A stretch of DNA of 64,000 nt from the IMG/VR virus record IMGVR_UViG_3300021979_000004, positions 128,001 to 192,000 of that record; one strand, written 5' to 3'. Each line of letters starts with the position of its first letter. Position 1 is the stretch's first letter. The notes under the pieces were generated by a model, which made no database searches, was not told the DNA's origin, and saw nothing but the letters and a program-made list of their open reading frames with translations. This DNA comes from a virus (lineage: Duplodnaviria; Caudoviricetes). Made by a program: the position numbers and the translations under genes. Positions 18,299 to 28,226 of this stretch are shown here, piece after piece.

Positions 18299-19213
18299 GT
18301 GGAACATATTCGAAGTAATGCAAAAATGTTTGGTGAAATAGTGAGCGATGAGACTATTGTGGAGTATCTTCTAAGTATTCCAGATCAAACCCTTCGCTAT
18401 GCTACAGAGAATTGTGCGTCTGAAAGTCCTTATGTCTTTGAAATGTATGGAATGTACAATGATCGATTTTATGATTTCTCATTGAATGTTGATAATTTGT
18501 TACGCCATATGAAGATGCAACTGTTTAGTTACGAAAAAAACTTCTATCATTATTTCAGAGAAAAAGATTTGGTAATTCTAAACTTTATTCTTTCATCGGA
18601 TAAGATTGAATATCCACAAACAATACCAATGTTAGAGACTTATGATTTCGATACTTCTAAAGCATTGATGGGATGGGCTGTAAGTACTAATAGAACATCT
18701 GAAACTGTTTTAAACATGATTGGTGATGAGTATAACTTTTTCAGAGACATAGATGCACAAGACCGTGTAGAATTGAAACAGTATTTTTGGAAATCAGCAT
18801 ATTCAAGAAACAGTTCTCAAACACCAGCGTTTCACTGTTTCCCTCGTGGTGATCACAGTATAATGTTACTGTGTAACACCCTTCCATTACATGATCGTTA
18901 TAATTGTTTGTTCGGTAAAGAAAGAATTGAAAGTGATGGCTGGACAGATGAAGACGTTGATGTTATGGTAGACTTTGTTAAAGAGTATGAAATATCACCT
19001 TACTTCATTGCCCATGACCTTAGAGGTAAAAAGCTTTATGGGCGAGAAAGAGTTTATCAAGCGGCACTTGAAGCTGGTGATAATTATTTAAAATACCTTG
19101 AAGTCAAGAAAAGCAGTTCGTTTATTAATTGGAAAATTCCTGATGATGTTTTTGAGAATAGGGATTTTGCGAACTTCATTAATAAAATGAAGTTGAAGCA
19201 CGGAGTTGAGTAA
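18299..19213 (+). CDS. Hypothetical protein
   Basis: TTGACA/TATAAT promoter at 18250-18277; GGAGG RBS with GTG start. Confidence 0.65.
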   Translation: MEHIRSNAKMFGEIVSDETIVEYLLSIPDQTLRYATENCASESPYVFEMYGMYNDRFYDFSLNVDNLLRHMKMQLFSYEKNFYHYFREKDLVILNFILSSDKIEYPQTIPMLETYDFDTSKALMGWAVSTNRTSETVLNMIGDEYNFFRDIDAQDRVELKQYFWKSAYSRNSSQTPAFHCFPRGDHSIMLLCNTLPLHDRYNCLFGKERIESDGWTDEDVDVMVDFVKEYEISPYFIAHDLRGKKLYGRERVYQAALEAGDNYLKYLEVKKSSSFINWKIPDDVFENRDFANFINKMKLKHGVE

Positions 19214-20100
19214 TGAGTTACAGTCAAAGATTACACAGAGATAAAATTGTTAAAAATATAGAACCATACATCCTTGAAAACGTTCAGTATGAAACGGTAA
19301 TGGGAAGTCAGGCTTATGGTGTGTCTAATAACAACTCAGACCTAGACATTTATGGCTTCACTATTCCACCAAAACGTATTGTGTTTCCACATACAGTAGG
19401 GCATATCTACGGCTTTGGTAAGCAAGGCCCTGAAACTTTCAAGCAGTTTCAAAAACATCACATTGATGCATATGAGAAAGAAATTGACTTGAACATTTTC
19501 AGTATTGTGACATACTTTACATTGTTGATGGATAACAACCCGAACATGCTAGACTCTATCTTTACACGTCAGCAGTCGGTAACCCATGCTACTAAGATTG
19601 GTCAAATGGTCAAAGATCGCCGCCATATGTTTTTACATAAAGGTGCATGGCACCGTTATCGTGGGTATGCTTATTCACAGCTTCAAAAGATTAGAACTAA
19701 AAAAGCGGAAGGAAAACGTAAAGAGCTTGTTGAAAAATATGGTTTTGATGTAAAGTTTGGATACCATGTTGTGCGCTTAATCAATCAAGTTGAAGACATT
19801 CTTATGCATGGTGACTTTGACCCTATGGCTCATCGTGAAATGCTAAAGTCTATTCGACGTGGTGATTGGAAACTAGAAGATGTAGAAGATTTTTTCAAGC
19901 GTAAAGAAAAGCTACTTGATGATCTTTATATCAATTCTAGCTTGCAAGAATATCCAGATGAAGGTAAGATAAAACAGTTGTTGCTTGATTGCTTAGAAGA
20001 GTTCTACGGAACTATTGATAGCAATGATATTCAAACTACGAATCAGTTTGAACAGGCGCTACTTGAAATTAAGAGAATAACTGATAAGGTGATCAAATGA
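19213..20100 (+). CDS. Pol-beta-family nucleotidyltransferase (RlaP/Nuc-transf-like)
   Basis: GSQAYG...SDLD, NNPNMLD, HVVRL motifs. Confidence 0.82.
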   Translation: MSYSQRLHRDKIVKNIEPYILENVQYETVMGSQAYGVSNNNSDLDIYGFTIPPKRIVFPHTVGHIYGFGKQGPETFKQFQKHHIDAYEKEIDLNIFSIVTYFTLLMDNNPNMLDSIFTRQQSVTHATKIGQMVKDRRHMFLHKGAWHRYRGYAYSQLQKIRTKKAEGKRKELVEKYGFDVKFGYHVVRLINQVEDILMHGDFDPMAHREMLKSIRRGDWKLEDVEDFFKRKEKLLDDLYINSSLQEYPDEGKIKQLLLDCLEEFYGTIDSNDIQTTNQFEQALLEIKRITDKVIK

Positions 20101-20318
20101 GTAAGCATCTTCCTGTTGTATACACATTGTATAAAGATGACCCCGAGCATTGGCATTACAAGCACCATGGTACATTGGAACAAATCTACACTCAAAACAG
20201 TGCACTTTGTACCCAATCTACTATGGAACAGGTTGCCAAGTCAGTTACGGAACAGGGCAGGTACATCTATATCGATGACCTGCTAGGATTTACGCATATT
20301 GTAGAGAAAGAACTATAA
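20097..20318 (+). CDS. Hypothetical protein
   Basis: ATGA overlap coupling. Confidence 0.55.
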   Translation: MSKHLPVVYTLYKDDPEHWHYKHHGTLEQIYTQNSALCTQSTMEQVAKSVTEQGRYIYIDDLLGFTHIVEKEL

Positions 20319-20330
20319 GGATAATATTGT

Positions 20331-22262
20331 ATGAATGATGGTATGTACCCAAGTCAAGCTATTAACACAGTTCCCGATTCGCGAGAAAAAGGAAATGTGG
20401 AATCAAAGAAAAAACCAAAAGTGAATGTTTCTATGACCAACGATAAAGATTTCAAAAATATTCTTACTATTGTGGCGAACAATCTAACCATGGATTTTGA
20501 CCTACCAGAAGGATATGATGAAAGTGTACTGGAAGGTTTTACAACAAATCTTTATACCAGCTTTGTTGATCGTATTACACTAACTGACGAAAAGACTGGT
20601 AGTGAACGTCATTGGTTGGTTTTTAGTGACGATGGCTATATCAAGCCTATGCGTAAAACTCTGCCTAACATTAACAAGCGTCAAAACGAAGATACTTACA
20701 TCGTTCTAAATCCTAACGATAAAGATAATGATGCGGTTATGATTGAAGAAACTTTTCTTCAAAAGCATTTTTATGAAATTGTGAATGACGCTCTTATGAA
20801 CTTTGGTAGTGATGAAGACATTACTAACTTTGTGATTGCCTATGTTAAAGACGGTTTCATTGGCGTTCCTGAAATTTTCGACAAGGAAACTTTTTCTTTT
20901 TCTGAGTACTTTGCATATCTGGTTGATGCGTATCACAAAGAAAAGGTTCTGTATTACAAAGATGCTGATATGTACAGTGATCGTCGTCTAGGAAATTCTC
21001 AGCTTAACATTCATGTAGTTCAGCCATTTGCACAACCACCATATCTGGTTATTGGTATTCCGGTTAACTTTGAAATCAATGGTGAGTTTGTTCTACGTCG
21101 TATTAATCAGGTAGTTCCTATTATGTCTGAGTACGAAGTAGATGATTGTGGTGTTGAACGCCCATCTAAGCGTGAAATTGAAAATCGTATTGCTGAAAAC
21201 CAAGAATACATGAAGAACCTTGATCGTTACCAAGTGTATGAAGGTCTGGCACAAGTTCCGGGCTTCATGAAAGTTCGCGAACTTTATGTAAACACTCGTG
21301 TAATGGTTGACATGGGTGCGCTATACTTTGTCGATCCAGATCGCCTTGGTGGCCTTCTAAATATCATCAATTCTAATCTTGATGGGGCGCAGATTGATAG
21401 TAAGGTTTCTAAAAAGAGTAAAGGATATTCTGAAAAAGAATACATGGCTCTTAGTAAGAATGTGGTTTGTTATGACCTAACTAAGAAGCAATGGTTCATT
21501 GGTCATCGTGATAACCTACGCGAAATCAATTTCCGTAAAGATGCTTTTGAAAAGCTACAGATGGATGCTGCGAAAAAGAACATTATTCGTAAAATCTGTT
21601 CATCAGATAACGTAGAAAAGGGTAATAACATCGACTTCATTGATTCAAAAGGTGGTGGTAACATCTTCCTACTACACGGTGTTCCCGGTACTGGTAAGAC
21701 TCTTACCGCCGAAGCTATCTCTGAGCTTCTAGAACGCCCACTGTACAAAGTTAATATCAGTGAGTTCGATAGCCTAAGCGAACTTGAGCAGGGCATTGAA
21801 ACGTCTCTGAGGTACGCTGAGCGCTGGAATGCAACACTTCTAATCGATGAGGCTGATGTGGCATTGGAAAAGCGCGACAGCACTAACATTGAGCGTAATG
21901 CTATCGTAGCTGTATTCCTTCGTCTGATTGAATACTACTCCGGTACTATGTTCCTGACTTCAAACCGTGCAAATGAGTTTGATGATGCGTTCAAATCTCG
22001 TATCACGTTTGCTATTCATTATCAGAGTCCAAGTACAGAGGTTAAGACCGCAATCTGGACTAATATTCTTGAAGGTGTTGAAACTGACATGACTAAAGAA
22101 CAGATCAAGGAAGTTGCTGGATATGATATCAACGGTCGCCAGATCAAGAATATCATCAATACTGCAACCTTTATGAGTGATGATGGTTCTGCACGTTTTG
22201 AAGATGTAATGGTTGTTCTTGAACAAACCATGGAATTTGAAAACTTTCTTAAGAAGGAATAA
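20331..22262 (+). CDS. AAA+ ATPase with large N-terminal domain
   Basis: GVPGTGKT, LLIDEAD, FLTSNR, AFKSRI. Confidence 0.92.
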   Translation: MNDGMYPSQAINTVPDSREKGNVESKKKPKVNVSMTNDKDFKNILTIVANNLTMDFDLPEGYDESVLEGFTTNLYTSFVDRITLTDEKTGSERHWLVFSDDGYIKPMRKTLPNINKRQNEDTYIVLNPNDKDNDAVMIEETFLQKHFYEIVNDALMNFGSDEDITNFVIAYVKDGFIGVPEIFDKETFSFSEYFAYLVDAYHKEKVLYYKDADMYSDRRLGNSQLNIHVVQPFAQPPYLVIGIPVNFEINGEFVLRRINQVVPIMSEYEVDDCGVERPSKREIENRIAENQEYMKNLDRYQVYEGLAQVPGFMKVRELYVNTRVMVDMGALYFVDPDRLGGLLNIINSNLDGAQIDSKVSKKSKGYSEKEYMALSKNVVCYDLTKKQWFIGHRDNLREINFRKDAFEKLQMDAAKKNIIRKICSSDNVEKGNNIDFIDSKGGGNIFLLHGVPGTGKTLTAEAISELLERPLYKVNISEFDSLSELEQGIETSLRYAERWNATLLIDEADVALEKRDSTNIERNAIVAVFLRLIEYYSGTMFLTSNRANEFDDAFKSRITFAIHYQSPSTEVKTAIWTNILEGVETDMTKEQIKEVAGYDINGRQIKNIINTATFMSDDGSARFEDVMVVLEQTMEFENFLKKE

Positions 22263-22283
22263 GGGGGGTTATCCCCCTTTATT
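22258..22283 (+). terminator. Intrinsic terminator
   Basis: AATAAGGGGG-GTTAT-CCCCCTTTATT. Confidence 0.75.
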
Positions 22284-22296
22284 TTAAAGGTGACTA

Positions 22297-22770
22297 ATGA
22301 TTATTTTAGATGTTGAAGCCAGTGGATTACATGAAGACTCTTACCCAATACAGGTAGCGTGGTTGAATACTGACACTGGTGAAGAAGATAGTTTTTACAT
22401 AAAACCAGAAGAAGAGTGGACATATTGGGATATTAACGCAGAAGACATTCATAATATTCCAAGAAAGCTTCTAGATGATGTGGGAATCCCCGCTGATCTA
22501 GCTGTAAAGCGACTACTTTCCTCACTTGGCAAAAAGGTGGATATCTATACTGATGCACCTGACTTCGATGGCTTTTGGTTGTCCAAGCTTTTTGGTGCGG
22601 TGTTGGTCGATCCTGAAGTAAATGTTAAAGTTCGTTCAGTGTATGAAGTGTGCCAATATCAAGAAGACTTTTACGCTCTTCAGGAAATTATGCACAGTCA
22701 AGAAAGACCGCACGACGCGCTAGAAGACTGTCGTATGATATGGCAAGCAATTAAAGAAGTCGTTGGTTAA
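22297..22770 (+). CDS. DEDDh 3'-5' exonuclease
   Basis: ILDVEASG ... FD ... HDALED. Confidence 0.85.
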   Translation: MIILDVEASGLHEDSYPIQVAWLNTDTGEEDSFYIKPEEEWTYWDINAEDIHNIPRKLLDDVGIPADLAVKRLLSSLGKKVDIYTDAPDFDGFWLSKLFGAVLVDPEVNVKVRSVYEVCQYQEDFYALQEIMHSQERPHDALEDCRMIWQAIKEVVG

Positions 22771-22775
22771 TAATC

Positions 22776-22783
22776 TATAAATA
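22776..22783 (+). promoter_or_regulatory. Late promoter TATAAATA
   Basis: Exact consensus 22 nt before ATG 22806. Confidence 0.75.
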
Positions 22784-22805
22784 AGTTTATACGGAACATA
22801 AACTT

Positions 22806-23573
22806 ATGAGACTAGAACAACTTTTCGAAGATATACATTCAGACCAAGGAAAATTATCAAGTGCTAAAAAGGCATTTGATGATCTTATGTTTGAAATTAA
22901 AGGACATGTAGAGCTACTTGGTCTTGATGAATTTGATACCTTCGAAAAGTCGTACCTTGAAATAATGTCTAAGCTTTATACGTACACCTTTAAGTTAAAG
23001 TACAAAGATGAACCCATAACCGTTCGTATCCTTCCACAAACCAACTTAGATCGTAATAGGCTTGGTGTGTTAAACACAACAAGTATTGATGATGGAAGTG
23101 GCGTAAAATATCAGTATCAAATTACTATCTTTGTAAATCCTCATGACGATTTTGATTTGATTAGTGCAACAGATTTTTACAGAACGTTTGCTAAGAGTTA
23201 CCAGAAAGTTTTTATTCATGAGTTTGTACATTTTATCGACGCGGTTGAAAGTGACAACCAAGATAATTATACGCAAACAAAAAGAAAGCTTAGACAGAAA
23301 GGCAAGTACATCAATACCCCACAGGAGTACAATGCATTTTACATTCAGATGATGAGTGAAATAGATGATGCATTCGAAGACTCTGCCGTTATGAATATAT
23401 TCAAACAAGACCCCTCATTTGATAAGTTTCTATCCCTCATAAACGTCGAAACACATGCAGGAGAAATGCTAAAGGATTTGGAAGGGAAGTATAAAAAGGC
23501 GTTTAAGAAGAGGTTATATCAATTATACAACCACTACTTGGAAAGAATAAAAGATCAAGCCAACGAAAAGTAA
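22806..23573 (+). CDS. HExxH zincin metallopeptidase-like protein with capsid-targeting-like N-terminus
   Basis: MRLEQLFE; HEFVH ... YINTPQEYNA. Confidence 0.6.
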   Translation: MRLEQLFEDIHSDQGKLSSAKKAFDDLMFEIKGHVELLGLDEFDTFEKSYLEIMSKLYTYTFKLKYKDEPITVRILPQTNLDRNRLGVLNTTSIDDGSGVKYQYQITIFVNPHDDFDLISATDFYRTFAKSYQKVFIHEFVHFIDAVESDNQDNYTQTKRKLRQKGKYINTPQEYNAFYIQMMSEIDDAFEDSAVMNIFKQDPSFDKFLSLINVETHAGEMLKDLEGKYKKAFKKRLYQLYNHYLERIKDQANEK

Positions 23574-24004
23574 TCTCTTCTATCGGCGTGATTATTTAAC
23601 TTATTTAAAAGCTTTGTTAAGTTCCCTTTTAACTTAAAAGTGTTCTTGCTCTTACTATCTTCGAAGAAGAGTTTAACATCAAACCCCTTACAAACAAAAG
23701 AATAGCCAACATGTTCTTCTCTCTCTTCCCAATCTCTGTTGAAGAAAGTTTCAATTTCCTCATCTACATCTAGATATGATTCAGAGCAAACTACTTGGAT
23801 ATCAAGTACAGAATCAAAAATTTCAGAATTATACAATATGTTTTTGATACGGTTTTTAATTATCAGGCTTAGAGAATTTATAGAAGTGATTTTCGCACGT
23901 TCAGTTTTTCCATCTTTCATTCGCCTAGATGATGAGCGTATGCCACTTTTTGATAGTAATGTGAATTCAAGAGTTTCCATTATAAAATTCTTCCAACTTT
24001 TCAA
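23555..24004 (-). CDS. Hypothetical protein
   Basis: ORF in a minus-strand operon; true start probably downstream of 24004. Confidence 0.5.
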   Translation of the reverse strand: MKSWKNFIMETLEFTLLSKSGIRSSSRRMKDGKTERAKITSINSLSLIIKNRIKNILYNSEIFDSVLDIQVVCSESYLDVDEEIETFFNRDWEEREEHVGYSFVCKGFDVKLFFEDSKSKNTFKLKGNLTKLLNKLNNHADRRDYFSLA

Positions 24005-24386
24005 TCGAAATGTTATTGTATAAAACCTTTTCGTGATTGATTATATAATCAATAAAATCAGAACCTTTCCCTAATACTTGCTTAGTATCAAGGATTTCAT
24101 TACCTTCAACGTCAATTATTTCGCGAACACTATCTACTGTTAGACCTATATAACCACCATCGCTCATTTCTAATATGATGATGTGACTAGGCATGTCGCC
24201 TATGACATTGAACATCTTCTTTGAGTCGAGGATAGTTATTACCGTGTCTCGTAGGTCAATCATCCCTTCTACACATGTGTTGCTTGAAAAGAATCTTGAA
24301 GGTTCTCGGTATTTTATTATTTCCTTTATCTTTAATACAGGTAATGTGAAATCCATATCACATACTTTAAATGAAAAATATTGCAT
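23967..24386 (-). CDS. cheW: CheW-like chemotaxis coupling protein
   Basis: YFSFKV...FTLPVLKIKEI...VEGMIDLRDTVITILD...IIILE...IGLTVDSVREII, the full CheW pattern. Confidence 0.88.
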   Translation of the reverse strand: MQYFSFKVCDMDFTLPVLKIKEIIKYREPSRFFSSNTCVEGMIDLRDTVITILDSKKMFNVIGDMPSHIIILEMSDGGYIGLTVDSVREIIDVEGNEILDTKQVLGKGSDFIDYIINHEKVLYNNISIEKLEEFYNGNS

Positions 24387-24387
24387 T

Positions 24388-24828
24388 TTATCTTTCCAGT
24401 TTTATAATTTTATAACAATCTCTAGTACCTTTATTTACTCGATTATAGTCTTCTAGAAAACGATCATACGAGTCTTTAATAATAAAAATTCTAGGATCAA
24501 TATCTTTGCTATATCTAAGCTCAACCACAAACTTTGAGCTTTCAATCTCTCCGCAACCTATAGGGAACCTTCGCCAGTCGAAGGGACTTTTCTGAACTTC
24601 ATCCAGCTTTCTACAGATTTCTAGGTTATCTTTATCCAAGCATTCATCGGTAACCTTAACCGTAAAATTATCAGGCTTGAAGTGCTTCTTTACATGTGGG
24701 TTCACACGGTTAAGCATAAACACAGACAAAGAGCTTTTCGCTTCTTTAGATGTCAAATTCTTATGTCTATAGGTTGATGCATGGATTCGCTTGTCGATCT
24801 GAACCATGAATTGAACTACCGTTGGCAT
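24388..24828 (-). CDS. Hypothetical protein
   Basis: GGAGAG RBS. Confidence 0.6.
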   Translation of the reverse strand: MPTVVQFMVQIDKRIHASTYRHKNLTSKEAKSSLSVFMLNRVNPHVKKHFKPDNFTVKVTDECLDKDNLEICRKLDEVQKSPFDWRRFPIGCGEIESSKFVVELRYSKDIDPRIFIIKDSYDRFLEDYNRVNKGTRDCYKIIKLER

Positions 24829-24928
24829 AATACTCTCCTAATTTATGATAGTCTACCATTCAGTCACCTACTGATCAACAGTTTAATATTCTAATGCTAT
24901 GTGTTATAATGCAGAAAAAGAGGTAGTT

Positions 24929-25735
24929 ATGAATATTCAAATTGAAGATGAAAACATACTGAACGTTCTAAACGAGAGTGTCATTGATCGCTTTGAGTTC
25001 GGATCGAAAATATATGGACTTGAGACTGAAAAGTCTGATGCTGATGACATTGCTGTGATCAAACAAAACGATTTCTTTGCCAATACCTTTCTATGGGAAC
25101 ATCATACTATTCAAAGGGCTAGTGAAGAACGTGACACCATCTATACTACCTTGCAGTTGTTGGTAAGGAACCTTATGACTGGTGACTCCACAGCATACTT
25201 TGAAACGCTTCATAGCAATCAGTGTGACGGTACTATACTTGAATTCCTAGCTGACAGGAAATCATGGTTTTATAACTTCACTACCATTCGATCTTTTGTT
25301 GGGTATGCACGTCGAGATATCAAGCACTCTAAGGATAATGGTAAGCGTTTTGCACATGCGGTACGTTGTTACTATGCCGCCAAGATGTTGTTTGATGATC
25401 ATTTTTATACCAATGACTATCGTGAGTATGATACTAACGTGTATGAATACATCCGTTCAATGAAATTGGGTACACATGGTCTAAGTAAGTATGAACTGTC
25501 TCAAGAGATTCAGTATTATAAAAAATCTATTGATGACTTGAGGAAACAGGTTAGTGAGAGCTTTAATAGTAATCAACGGAAGTATGACCGTTATATGTCG
25601 GCTGAGCGTCTTAGAGAGATAGATGCTTATGTTATAGACAAAAACAAGACATTGTGGTATGATTTGGAAGATGAAGAGAATTTTTACATTTATCAAATGT
25701 ACCACGCACTAGAAAACGGTATTGAATATGGATAA
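24929..25735 (+). CDS. Second Pol-beta-family nucleotidyltransferase-like protein
   Basis: FGSKIYG...SDADD; GYARRD; HAVR; GAGGT RBS. Confidence 0.7.
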   Translation: MNIQIEDENILNVLNESVIDRFEFGSKIYGLETEKSDADDIAVIKQNDFFANTFLWEHHTIQRASEERDTIYTTLQLLVRNLMTGDSTAYFETLHSNQCDGTILEFLADRKSWFYNFTTIRSFVGYARRDIKHSKDNGKRFAHAVRCYYAAKMLFDDHFYTNDYREYDTNVYEYIRSMKLGTHGLSKYELSQEIQYYKKSIDDLRKQVSESFNSNQRKYDRYMSAERLREIDAYVIDKNKTLWYDLEDEENFYIYQMYHALENGIEYG

Positions 25736-26024
25736 CAACTTACTATATCGAGCAATGTGTAAAGAAGAATTCGAACGCACTATCAAAGAAGGTAGTGCTG
25801 TTTTTTATAAAAGGTTCAAGTGGTTCACACCTAATATTGATTTTCTTCTGAGCCGTGTTCGCGATGGCAAGTTCAACAACAGTCATATTGAGAAGAACAG
25901 GTATGATTATATAGTGTGCTTTGAAGCGGATATTTCCAAGGCACGAGTTTTAAACAGTAATGAAATTCAATTTGATAGGAGGCGAAACCCATCTATCAAA
26001 GTAAAAGAGGTTATACTTAAATGA
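25722..26024 (+). CDS. Hypothetical protein
   Basis: Coupled ORF. Confidence 0.55.
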   Translation: MNMDNNLLYRAMCKEEFERTIKEGSAVFYKRFKWFTPNIDFLLSRVRDGKFNNSHIEKNRYDYIVCFEADISKARVLNSNEIQFDRRRNPSIKVKEVILK

Positions 26025-26443
26025 TTAAATCACCCCAAACGGCAGTTAGACTAGCAACAAACAATCCGTACCAGTCAGATGCATGTCGCATTTTATGTGT
26101 ATGTAGTGTAGGTATGTTGCGTTCACCAACCTTGGCAAATGAGTTGCATAAAAGGTACGGATACAATACCCGTTCTTGTGGGGTATCGATGGAACATGCA
26201 CTTGTGCCTATTTCTACTGCTCTTATTCATTGGGCAGATGAAATTGTATTCATGGATTTTGGTGCGTTCAACGAATTCGTTGATATTGAAGAAAATATGG
26301 AATTGATTAAAAAGGTAAAAAATGCATCTACTGATGTGTTTATTTTAAGCATACCGGATGAGTACGATTGGAATGATCCCAAGTTGAGAGATATTTCGGT
26401 CATGCAATACCTTGAAAAACGAAAATTTAACGATATGGAATAA
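26021..26443 (+). CDS. Low-molecular-weight protein tyrosine phosphatase-like
   Basis: LCVCSVGMLRSPT (CX5RS), WADEIVFM, IPDEY. Confidence 0.82.
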   Translation: MIKSPQTAVRLATNNPYQSDACRILCVCSVGMLRSPTLANELHKRYGYNTRSCGVSMEHALVPISTALIHWADEIVFMDFGAFNEFVDIEENMELIKKVKNASTDVFILSIPDEYDWNDPKLRDISVMQYLEKRKFNDME

Positions 26444-26445
26444 TT

Positions 26446-26997
26446 ATGGGATTAGTTTATCATACATCAGATTGGCACCTTGGGCATAAGAATATAAGTA
26501 AGTTCAGGGGCCAAGATGGATTTAAAGGCGAATACGATTCGTCATGGACTCAGATTAACAATTACTCAAACATCATCAGAAAGAATGACCTTGTTTGGTT
26601 TCATGGTGATATTATTTTTGATCCTAACTACCTTCAGGTAGTAAAGGACTTACCGGGTATCAAAAAACTTATCATGGGCAACCATGATACTGAGAAGAAG
26701 CGCAATATTTCAATAAGTGATCTTGTTGAAGTATTTGATGAGATTCATTCCTTGGTTAAGTATAAAGGATCATGGTTGTCTCATGCGCCTATTCACCCTG
26801 AAGAACTTCGTGGATGTGTAAATATACATGGACATACACATTATCATGTGATCAATGACCATCGGTATATTAATGTTTGCTCTGAGCAAACAAACTACAC
26901 ACCTATACGAAGAGAGAAACTTTTGGAAAACAATAAAGCGTTTCAAGAATTTCTTCGTATGCGTGAAGAACAGAAACGGCAACGAAATGGAAAATGA
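26446..26997 (+). CDS. Calcineurin-like metallophosphoesterase
   Basis: SDWHLGH, GD, GNHD, SHAP, HGHTH. Confidence 0.9.
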   Translation: MGLVYHTSDWHLGHKNISKFRGQDGFKGEYDSSWTQINNYSNIIRKNDLVWFHGDIIFDPNYLQVVKDLPGIKKLIMGNHDTEKKRNISISDLVEVFDEIHSLVKYKGSWLSHAPIHPEELRGCVNIHGHTHYHVINDHRYINVCSEQTNYTPIRREKLLENNKAFQEFLRMREEQKRQRNGK

Positions 26998-27319
26998 AAA
27001 ATATATAAAAACACTTTTTAAGAAAAACACTAATATACAAGCCACGGACGATAGCGGTAAAGATGTTATCTTTGTTGTATCTAAAGGGCAGAGTGAGCTT
27101 TTTAATATTGTGCGAGACTGTTTACTTGAGAACGTAAGCGGCTCATGTATATATTGTTCCAGAGATAATGAAGTATACTTTACTGTTTCAAAAAGTGATA
27201 TGAATGTGTTAGAAGTTATATCTAAGAAGATCAAGAAAGATCGTCGGATAGAGATTTCAAAAGTTCTTATCAACTCAAGGAAAGTTCGTAGCTATCTAGA
27301 AAAGAAAGAAAAACGGTAA
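26987..27319 (+). CDS. Hypothetical protein
   Basis: Coupled ORF ending at a terminator. Confidence 0.55.
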   Translation: MENEKYIKTLFKKNTNIQATDDSGKDVIFVVSKGQSELFNIVRDCLLENVSGSCIYCSRDNEVYFTVSKSDMNVLEVISKKIKKDRRIEISKVLINSRKVRSYLEKKEKR

Positions 27320-27337
27320 TCATTCTACCGTTTTTCT
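27307..27337. terminator. Bidirectional terminator
   Basis: AGAAAAACGGTA-ATCATTC-TACCGTTTTTCT between convergent stops. Confidence 0.75.
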
Positions 27338-27907
27338 AATTTCACGATACCATACAGGTTCTATATAGAAGTCTGTATTCACAGCCCTTTTACCCATTTC
27401 TGGGTATTTCTCCCATAGTAATATCTTATCCACGATGAAATGTTTGTACGTCCATGTCACGGATTTGCACTGATCGTAGATTTCAACAATACGATCAGGC
27501 GCACATACTGGTGGTTCAGTAAAGTTTCCTGTCGGTATGTTTCTAGGTAGCTCCATTAGCCATGGTAGGACACACCATTCAACCTTTTGTGGCTTACCCT
27601 TATGTATCCTGTAGTTTTCACAAAGCTGCATTAGAACGGTCAGCAACCATTCGTAGTTAGCTGATGATTCTCTAACCCATTGTGCTGACGGATGGTTAAC
27701 ATGAGTAGCTTTATAGATATTAGTGTCATACTCGCCTTCCAGACGGTATTCCAGACGGTTCTTTTTGTTCCTGAATGGAATACCATCTAGGACACGATGT
27801 GTCGTTGACAAAAGCTGCGCATACTCTGTGATCATTTTGTTAGTATGTGTGATGCAATGTTCATCCGCACATACTATGGGGTCTTCGTTTGTGTAAAATA
27901 AATTCAT
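27320..27907 (-). CDS. Pyrimidine-dimer DNA glycosylase-like (DenV superfamily)
   Basis: HxxKMIxEYAQLLST, YKATHVNHPSAQW. Confidence 0.78.
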   Translation of the reverse strand: MNLFYTNEDPIVCADEHCITHTNKMITEYAQLLSTTHRVLDGIPFRNKKNRLEYRLEGEYDTNIYKATHVNHPSAQWVRESSANYEWLLTVLMQLCENYRIHKGKPQKVEWCVLPWLMELPRNIPTGNFTEPPVCAPDRIVEIYDQCKSVTWTYKHFIVDKILLWEKYPEMGKRAVNTDFYIEPVWYREIRKTVE

Positions 27908-28194
27908 TGTTCAACCCAATTGCTGTTTTCTACGGAAACCGGAAGGTTCATATCATAGAGGAAGTCAAACAGTTCTTCAACGCTTTGATTGTCGTAAGAG
28001 CCTTCGTTGATGGACAGGAACAGAGTTGGGTCTTCCTGACGATGGTAAATATAGTATTCAACTACGTTACCAGCCGAGTCAACAAACTTCCGATCTTGGA
28101 AGGTGTACTTTTTGATTTCAGAGTCGTTACCGTACATAGGATTCCCCTCAATGTTTAAGATATACATACATGGTAAACAATTTTGACCGATCAT
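27904..28194 (-). CDS. Hypothetical protein
   Basis: Coupled ORF; start uncertain. Confidence 0.45.
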   Translation of the reverse strand: MIGQNCLPCMYILNIEGNPMYGNDSEIKKYTFQDRKFVDSAGNVVEYYIYHRQEDPTLFLSINEGSYDNQSVEELFDFLYDMNLPVSVENSNWVEQ

Positions 28195-28226
28195 GCAAGC
28201 TATAAATATAAAAAAACGAGGTTAAA

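Noticed and set aside
11963-22283. Two GGGGG-(G/T)TTAT-CCCCC hairpins (11963, 22263) as a repeated element family
   Set aside because: Only two copies were found with unrelated flanks, and one is a normal terminator.
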